From assembly GCA_040772485.1 (NCBI GenBank), contig JAXGYC010000008.1, positions 32,001 to 96,000 on the forward strand: a stretch of 64,000 bases of DNA. The letters are read 5' to 3'. Origin of the DNA: Sedimentisphaerales bacterium (GTDB taxonomy: Bacteria > Planctomycetota > Phycisphaerae > Sedimentisphaerales > Anaerobacaceae). The position numbers and the translations under genes were made by a program. Below, piece after piece: positions 58,041 to 64,000 of the stretch (position 1 is the stretch's first letter; the number at the start of each line of letters is the position of its first letter). The notes under the pieces are model-generated. The model was given only the letters and a program-made list of their open reading frames with translations. It did no database searches and was not told the DNA's origin.

Positions 58041-58082
58041 ACGCTGCCCTTTCACAGGTCACGGGGATTGCGTGGCAGACGT

Positions 58083-58111
58083 ATCTTACCGCGTTTTGCG
58101 CACTGTGTCAA
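58083..58111 (-). promoter_or_regulatory. Internal sigma70-like promoter
   Basis: Minus strand TTGACA-17nt-TAAGAT; the -35 overlaps the TGA stop of the upstream gene. Confidence 0.65.
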
Positions 58112-61100
58112 AGAGGCTGCTCGGCAACAATCTCGATCCCACAGAGGATCGTTTCGCTGCAGGCGTCAGTCGGCGTCAGCGAGATGGTCACGAAGTCGGA
58201 CGTTTGAATCCCCTTGAACGTCCTGACGATCCCCACGTTGGGAGACCCGGCCTCGGCGACAATGTCAAAATCCTCCAGCACGGTCTGTCCGTTCAGGGCA
58301 ACATCGAACCGCCGCTCTCCCGCCTTCTTGTTTTCGGGCTCCATGAAGTGCAGGCGCACCGTGTAGCTCCTCTGTGCGTCGGCCTGCTGTAGGATGGGCT
58401 TTAGCCCATGCTGAGATCCATCCGCATGGGCTAAAGCCCATCCTACCCCCCCTGCCATCCTGACGCGAACGGACCGCAGGCCCTTCGCCCCCGAGGCTTC
58501 GACCCATGGGATATCGCTGCGTCGCAGGCGCGACGAGTGGCGGCGGAACCATGACAGTTCCTCCGGCGCCACAGCCATATCCAGTTCGGCAGAACTCCCT
58601 CCGACAATTGGATACTCCAGCCAGAGCGTTCCATTCTCGGCTCGGCGGTCGCCCGGCGCACCGAGGTTGATGCCGACGCTCTGAATGGGGGCATCGCTCG
58701 GCTCGACTTTGCTGAATGTCCACATCTCCACGTCCGGCGTGTGGACCATCGCCAGCGAGGTCTGGTTCTGATAGCTGCAAGTGCACGTGCTCGTGTAGTC
58801 CGGCGCATTGAGAACGCCGTTGGCGACGATCAGATTGGATGTACATCCCGATCGGAACCCGCCGAAATTGCCGGTCCCACCGTCGTTACTGAGGTCGTAG
58901 TAACCCGCCGCGGCCGAGCGGAACGTCAGGAGGTTCTCGCTGGCAATCGCCGTGTTGCAGCCGTGGTTTCGCGCGTACTGCCAGGGTATCGGCTCGCCCG
59001 TCAGAGGATGCGGATACGTCCGCCGGCGGCCCGTCAGAAGATCGCAGGCGCTGCCCTGAGTCAAGACGGTGCCCCCGCGCAACATGCAGGGCCCGGAGTA
59101 ATCCATCCTCTCGTCCCAGAGAACCTCGCCCGTCCGGGCCCGAAAGGCCGCCATCCGGTCGCCGGGCTCCCAGAGCATATCGCCGGATTTGCGATAGGCC
59201 TGCACCAGAATGCCGAACGGCTCGGAGAAGCCCAGCCAGGTTCCAAAGACGCTGTCGCGGTTGTCCCAGACGACTCGGCCCGTGCGAAGGTCCATCGCCA
59301 GGAGCCGGCTCGTCTGACCGACCTCGGCGCCCTCGCGCGCATTTCGCTTCACGTACGGGGGCACCACATCGAGACAGAAGACCATGCCGCCCCCGGCGGC
59401 GATCCCGTTATGGATGAACCCATGGTCCGCCTCCACGCTCCACAGGACCTTGCCGTCGTAGCGGTTCATCACTATCAGGGTCCTGCTGGCGCTCCAATCG
59501 ACAAATGGAGCGGCCGCATCGGGTTTCTCGCCGGGAGGCTTGAGCAAAGGCGAATGCCGGACGAAACTCGCTCCGGCGATGAGATAGTCCTCGCAGACCC
59601 CAATGTAGGCCCAGCGTCGCGACCCTTGGCCCTCCTGGGCAGGCAATGGAAACACCTGTTGGGTCCGCCCGGTGGCCGGGTCCAGGACGTGACAGGCATC
59701 TTCCTGAATGACATAGATCCGGTCGGCCGTGGCGACGAAATTCGTGCCCCTGGCGTTGGCCCCGGGAATGTGGCCCTGGCCGTAGCCGAGGTAACGAAAG
59801 TCATGCTTGTAAGACGCGTCGTAGTATTCGCCGAAGGTCGACGCTGTGAGTGGCTTCTTCCACAAGACCCGGCCCGTGTAGACATCCCGCGCACTGAACG
59901 AATCGATCCCCTGGATGAACAGCCTTCCCCCGACGACCTGCTCGGGCGGACCATGTCCGTGCCTGGGCAGAACGTCGCCGAATCCCGCTTCCTCCCCGAA
60001 CCACAGTATACCCAGCGGAAGCCGGAGCTGGTCCTTCGAGCAAACGGTGTTGGCGACATCACCGTACTGGTGCGTCCAGTCGGCGGAACCCGGCACGGGC
60101 CCGCTGCGCTGGATAACAACGGCGCCTTTGGCAGTGTCCACCCTGAAACCTGGAAGCTCCGCATTGGCAAGCCGGCTGCATATGGCCAGTTGCTGCTCCT
60201 TGCCCGCTGCGATCCAAGCCACCCCGCTGTAGGGCCGAAGCAGTTCGCACATCGCGTCAATGCGGCGCGCATTCCCCTCGAGCCCGGCGGCCTTGAGATT
60301 CTCTACCACGACCAGCGAAGCGACGTACGGCGGCAGATCGGCGAAATCCACATCAGCGTGCAGGATAGAGACGCGCGATCCATAGAGGCCCACGCCATCC
60401 AGCCTCTTTCGCAGGGAGGCCACCTTCTCGGCATCCGGCTCGATGGCGATCACGTGCATCTGCGACTGACGCAGGAGTTCCGTGAGCAGGCGGCCGTTGC
60501 CAACCCCCAGCCACAGGCAGTACCCCTTCGCATCCACGCCTTGCGCGAGGATCTCCTTGACCCGTCCGGACTCGCTGCGAGGAGCCGGCCTCAGGCCATG
60601 GGCAATGCTCATGCGGCGAACGGGAGACCTTCTTGCGGCGCCGAAGCAGTACAAGTGCCCGTCCTGCGTGATCACGAAGAGCTTCCCATCGCCGGCGACC
60701 ATGTTCCACACGGGCCCGTGCACCCTGGCCCGCCAGACCGTTCGTGCCGGTTTGTCCCCCTCGGGCGCCTCAATGGCGGCGATCAGCCCCTCGTCGCTGC
60801 TGCCGTACAACCGACTGCCCGCCTTGATATGGATCCGATCGAGGGCCGGGTCGGTCTGGAACTTCCACACCGCTTGGGCGGCCAGCCGCGTTTTGGTCTT
60901 CTTATCCTTGGGATCGACCGTCTGTTCCTCCGCCAGCGTAGCGCCCACGATCTCGCCGGCCGCTCCGATCCCCACGACCGCATCGCCATCCATCACATCC
61001 GCCGCGATAGGCCCGAGGGCCAGACCATCCGAAAGCCGGTACGCCACGGCGTTATTGAAATACCAGTCCTTCCAGATCGACGCCCCGTAGCCACCGACGT

Positions 61101-62001
61101 GCTTGCCGTAGCTGCGGTCGGCCAGGGGATAGTACAACAACTCGCCGGTCGCGCAGTCGAAGCACGCCGGGGTGGTTCGGCTCGTCACCAGCAGCTTGTT
61201 CCCATCCGAGGCCAGGTATCCTTGCGGCGCCACACCGGCGAACGCGGGGCTGTTGTGCTGTTGCGGAATGTAGATCGAGCCGGTGCCGCTGTTCTCCCAA
61301 ATCACGCGGCCCGTCACGGCATCGAGTGCATAGATGAAGACCCCCATGAACGGCCAGATGCTGGCGGAGCAGTAAATCCTGCCGTCATGCAACACCGGCC
61401 CGCCACGTGCCGGCCACGCCGAGATAAGCCTGCCATTGCCCAGAATCCTGCGGGTCGATGGCGCCAGGCGGGATCTCCAGAGCAGCGCGCCATCCCTGGC
61501 CGCCAGGCAGTAGAGACAGCCGTCGTCGCTGGCGAAGTATACGCGGCCTTGCCACGCGATCGGCGCAAAGCGGATCGGCCCATCGCAGAAGAACTGCCAA
61601 TTCTGCCTGCCGGTTTCCGTATCGTAGGCCTCGATCTTGTCACTGACCATCGATGGCACGAAGATCTGGTCGCCCATGACGACCGGCTCATAGGACCGGT
61701 CGAACTGGAGCTTGTACTGCTCCTCGCGCCATGCGGGGGCGGGCTTCGGCAGTCGCCGGATCCACTGAAGACGCAGGTCGGCCGGCAAGGAGACGGGCGA
61801 GGCGCCGCTGCGGCTGGCGTCGTACCGCCACATGGGCCAGTCGGCGGCGCTGCGCCGAAGACCGTCCACAGGCCATCTCCACCAGTTGGCGAGGATCGAC
61901 GTAAGAGTCAGACAGACAGCCGCCACGGGGACAAAGACGAGGACGTGCCCGGCGACCTTCAGATGCCTTTTGCGGTCGCCGGTGTCCAGCGGTGCGAGCA
62001 T
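58108..62001 (-). CDS. PQQ-like propeller + methyltransferase-fold + propeller + malectin-like protein
   Basis: DWPMWRYDASRSG; ASDDGCLYCL; GYCLWLGVGNG...LLRPYSG; DWTHQYGD; INLGAPGDR; YTVRLHFMEP...GERRFDVALNG...DFDIVAEAG (malectin-like); SD GGAG. Confidence 0.85.
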   Translation of the reverse strand: MLAPLDTGDRKRHLKVAGHVLVFVPVAAVCLTLTSILANWWRWPVDGLRRSAADWPMWRYDASRSGASPVSLPADLRLQWIRRLPKPAPAWREEQYKLQFDRSYEPVVMGDQIFVPSMVSDKIEAYDTETGRQNWQFFCDGPIRFAPIAWQGRVYFASDDGCLYCLAARDGALLWRSRLAPSTRRILGNGRLISAWPARGGPVLHDGRIYCSASIWPFMGVFIYALDAVTGRVIWENSGTGSIYIPQQHNSPAFAGVAPQGYLASDGNKLLVTSRTTPACFDCATGELLYYPLADRSYGKHVGGYGASIWKDWYFNNAVAYRLSDGLALGPIAADVMDGDAVVGIGAAGEIVGATLAEEQTVDPKDKKTKTRLAAQAVWKFQTDPALDRIHIKAGSRLYGSSDEGLIAAIEAPEGDKPARTVWRARVHGPVWNMVAGDGKLFVITQDGHLYCFGAARRSPVRRMSIAHGLRPAPRSESGRVKEILAQGVDAKGYCLWLGVGNGRLLTELLRQSQMHVIAIEPDAEKVASLRKRLDGVGLYGSRVSILHADVDFADLPPYVASLVVVENLKAAGLEGNARRIDAMCELLRPYSGVAWIAAGKEQQLAICSRLANAELPGFRVDTAKGAVVIQRSGPVPGSADWTHQYGDVANTVCSKDQLRLPLGILWFGEEAGFGDVLPRHGHGPPEQVVGGRLFIQGIDSFSARDVYTGRVLWKKPLTASTFGEYYDASYKHDFRYLGYGQGHIPGANARGTNFVATADRIYVIQEDACHVLDPATGRTQQVFPLPAQEGQGSRRWAYIGVCEDYLIAGASFVRHSPLLKPPGEKPDAAAPFVDWSASRTLIVMNRYDGKVLWSVEADHGFIHNGIAAGGGMVFCLDVVPPYVKRNAREGAEVGQTSRLLAMDLRTGRVVWDNRDSVFGTWLGFSEPFGILVQAYRKSGDMLWEPGDRMAAFRARTGEVLWDERMDYSGPCMLRGGTVLTQGSACDLLTGRRRTYPHPLTGEPIPWQYARNHGCNTAIASENLLTFRSAAAGYYDLSNDGGTGNFGGFRSGCTSNLIVANGVLNAPDYTSTCTCSYQNQTSLAMVHTPDVEMWTFSKVEPSDAPIQSVGINLGAPGDRRAENGTLWLEYPIVGGSSAELDMAVAPEELSWFRRHSSRLRRSDIPWVEASGAKGLRSVRVRMAGGVGWALAHADGSQHGLKPILQQADAQRSYTVRLHFMEPENKKAGERRFDVALNGQTVLEDFDIVAEAGSPNVGIVRTFKGIQTSDFVTISLTPTDACSETILCGIEIVAEQPL
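58389..58446. repeat. Perfect REP doublet (REPIN-like) inside a CDS
   Basis: 23-bp GTAGGATGGGCTTTAGCCCATGC, 12-bp spacer, then its exact reverse complement. Confidence 0.9.
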
Positions 62002-64000
62002 ACGATCTCCACGAAGTTGATTACGGGCGCCTCCGACTCGCCGGACGTCCTGGTCTTTGGGACCAGTTCCAGGACGAGCGTGTCATCGACGGCAATGTCC
62101 GGGAAGTCCCGGATGATGGCTCGGTCGACGCCGCCGGCAAGCTGGGCGATGTCGAAGGTTTCACAAACGGTCCGACCCTGGAGCTTGATCCCGAATACCC
62201 GCTGACCGGGTCTGTCACCCTCGCGGGCCCGGAATCCGAGGCGGACCGTGTACAGGGTCGGGACGTGGCCTGCCTGGCCATCGAGCAACGGGATCTCGCA
62301 CCGGCACAACCCCAGACACCCGGAAGTGAAGAGCCAGGGTTTCTCCGTCCCGTCGACGGTGATCCCTTTGAAATCCTGACAGAAGTACCCCATCTCGTCG
62401 AGGATTTCCTCCTTCAGATCGAACTTGATGCCGTAGTTGACGAAATGGTTCTGGGTATATACGGTCCGGGGATTGGGGTAGGCCAGCCACAACGTGCCGT
62501 CGTCATCCTTCATATCCGCCGGCGCGCCGAAGTTGATGGCGAGGTGTTTGACGGGCCGTTCATACGTGCCCGGCACGACCTGGCCCTTCGTGTCCAGTTC
62601 GGTATGGTTGATGAACACGGTCCAGGGCTGAGCCCTTTGCGGCTTATTCACCAGGGCAAACGAACCGCGAAGCGGGAAGGAGCACGTGCAGCCCACGCTC
62701 GCTTCCGGAACCAGCACCAGACCGTTGGCCGGGATCATGTTGATCCAGCACCCGGGGCGAATGCCGCCGAAGATGGCGACGCCGGCGTCGCGCGCCAGAT
62801 CGTAGATCGCCGTGCTCGACGAACGGTAGAACAGGGCGCTCGCCGAGGCGCTGGTGATCGCGCAGGTATGTCCCGGACGGAGGAACTCCCACGGCACTTC
62901 CTTCTCCGAGATCGGATCGATACGCGACAGGATCTGGCCCGTGCGCAGATCGCACATCCTCGGCTCGATGACAATCCGCTCGCCGATGATCACGGGCCGC
63001 GTGCGATAGTTGACCGGACGCGACCACAGGATCGCGCCGCTCGATGCGGACATGGCCACGATCCGGCGGTAGGTGAGCTGGCTCTCTCTGAATCGGTAGG
63101 CGTCGTGATTGCCGACGCAGCCGAAGAACAGCAGGACATCGTCCTGGCAGGCCGAGCCCATGGCGTCGCCGCAGCAACCGGTGAAGTCTACGGCTCGTTC
63201 CCACAACTTCTTGCCGCTCTGGGCGTCCAGGGCCACCACGAGTCTCGTATCCGACGACTCATAGCCCTCGGTCCTCTTCATTTCCTCCGTCTGTTCGTAC
63301 AGTCCCTGCCGTATCAGCGTTTGCCGCTCATCAAGGGCCTGGCCTGCCAGCGCATCGGTGACAACGCTCTCGGCGAAGAAGACCTTTCCACCTGCGATGG
63401 AAAGGGTCAGATTCGCGATCCGCTTGCCCGAATAGGTCCAACGCACCGCTCCGGTGTTCGGGTCGAGGGCAAAAACCATGTCGCCCGTCATCATCCGGTC
63501 GGTCACCGAGCCCTTGGCCGGGCTGTAGTTCTCCCAGGCCGGGTAACTGGCCATGGGAAACCATTTGGCGTTCGATCTGGTGTATGCCCGGAGCGTGTCG
63601 TCATCGGGATCGGCAAACTTAGCCCTGAGTTCCGTGGCATACGGCTGCTTCAAGGGCTCGGCCCGGATGCCAAACAAGGTGTTCTGATCCGTCGAGACGC
63701 AGCCCCAGCGGTAGCTCCCGCTGCTCCCTCCCGGCAGGTCATACACCCGAACAGTCTCGCCGGTGGCCGGAGCGAGACCGACGCACCGATCATAGGCCGC
63801 CACATACAGGGCGTCCTTCGTCAGGGCCAGGTTGCCCCCGTCGACGTCGACCCGCGCCCGCACTGCGCCCGGAATCCGGCGTTCCCATAGGGGCGTCCCG
63901 TTGTAGGCGTCCAGGGCCACGATCCGTTCCTCTCCCTGGATGAACAGACGGCCATCCATCGCGACAGGACTCTGGGCCTTTGCGTGCCTCTCCACCATCG
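61959..64000 (-). CDS. PQQ-like propeller + malectin-like protein; 5' part lies beyond the right edge
   Basis: The frame is open to the window edge; ERHAKAQSP matches the internal PRHGHGPP motif of the paralog; ALDAYNGTPLW; INFGAPAD; YTVRLGF...GQRVFGIKLQG. Confidence 0.85.
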   Translation of the reverse strand, partial: MVERHAKAQSPVAMDGRLFIQGEERIVALDAYNGTPLWERRIPGAVRARVDVDGGNLALTKDALYVAAYDRCVGLAPATGETVRVYDLPGGSSGSYRWGCVSTDQNTLFGIRAEPLKQPYATELRAKFADPDDDTLRAYTRSNAKWFPMASYPAWENYSPAKGSVTDRMMTGDMVFALDPNTGAVRWTYSGKRIANLTLSIAGGKVFFAESVVTDALAGQALDERQTLIRQGLYEQTEEMKRTEGYESSDTRLVVALDAQSGKKLWERAVDFTGCCGDAMGSACQDDVLLFFGCVGNHDAYRFRESQLTYRRIVAMSASSGAILWSRPVNYRTRPVIIGERIVIEPRMCDLRTGQILSRIDPISEKEVPWEFLRPGHTCAITSASASALFYRSSSTAIYDLARDAGVAIFGGIRPGCWINMIPANGLVLVPEASVGCTCSFPLRGSFALVNKPQRAQPWTVFINHTELDTKGQVVPGTYERPVKHLAINFGAPADMKDDDGTLWLAYPNPRTVYTQNHFVNYGIKFDLKEEILDEMGYFCQDFKGITVDGTEKPWLFTSGCLGLCRCEIPLLDGQAGHVPTLYTVRLGFRAREGDRPGQRVFGIKLQGRTVCETFDIAQLAGGVDRAIIRDFPDIAVDDTLVLELVPKTRTSGESEAPVINFVEIVCSHRWTPATAKGI

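Noticed and set aside
61959..62001. Frameshifted single giant gene or pseudogene at the 43-bp overlap between two PQQ genes
   Set aside because: The upstream gene completes its malectin-like domain, and the downstream ATG has its own GGAG SD and a hydrophobic N-terminus; best read as two overlapping genes.
58741..62205. 1154-aa plus-strand ORF and other long antisense ORFs (69-953, 1335-2921, 4804-6420, 16663-18855, 35344-37785, 45455-47584, 61992-63890)
   Set aside because: Shadow frames opposite well-supported genes in high-GC DNA; no recognisable motifs.

Overview
GC-rich (roughly 63-65% by eye) bacterial window. The gene repertoire (prepilin/H-X9-DG protein, several large secreted LamG/PA14 proteins, tandem PQQ-propeller/methyltransferase-fold proteins, URO-D-like proteins, many CAZymes) points to an anaerobic planctomycete, probably Phycisphaerae/Sedimentisphaerales; this is an inference from gene content. 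About 40 CDS are supported. They comprise carbohydrate-active enzymes (CE4-GH9 fusion, ChbG/YdjC, GH35, GH106, CE15, GH109-like, GH130, GH18, two DUF4832 and one DUF4091 protein), a liv-type ABC transporter with a PaaK-like CoA ligase, a LarA-family racemase, a small conflict/defence islet (orphan Imm50, HigBA-order TA pair, ABC-ATPase + DUF4276 TOPRIM pair) and a PQQ-propeller cluster with a MacB/LolCDE-type ABC system. I found no rRNA, tRNA, CRISPR array, integrase or transposase. The most unusual signals are non-coding or very small: (1) short bridging ORFs whose start overlaps the upstream stop and whose stop overlaps the downstream start, two of them spanning palindromic inserts in the liv operon; (2) an orphan AGGAGGTG 65-121 nt upstream of all three large LamG surface-protein genes (STAB-SD-like); (3) a perfect 58-bp REP doublet translated in frame inside a protein; (4) a 24-25-bp element that inserts at AG^G inside other repeats and inside itself. 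All family assignments come from motif recognition by eye; no database searches were run.
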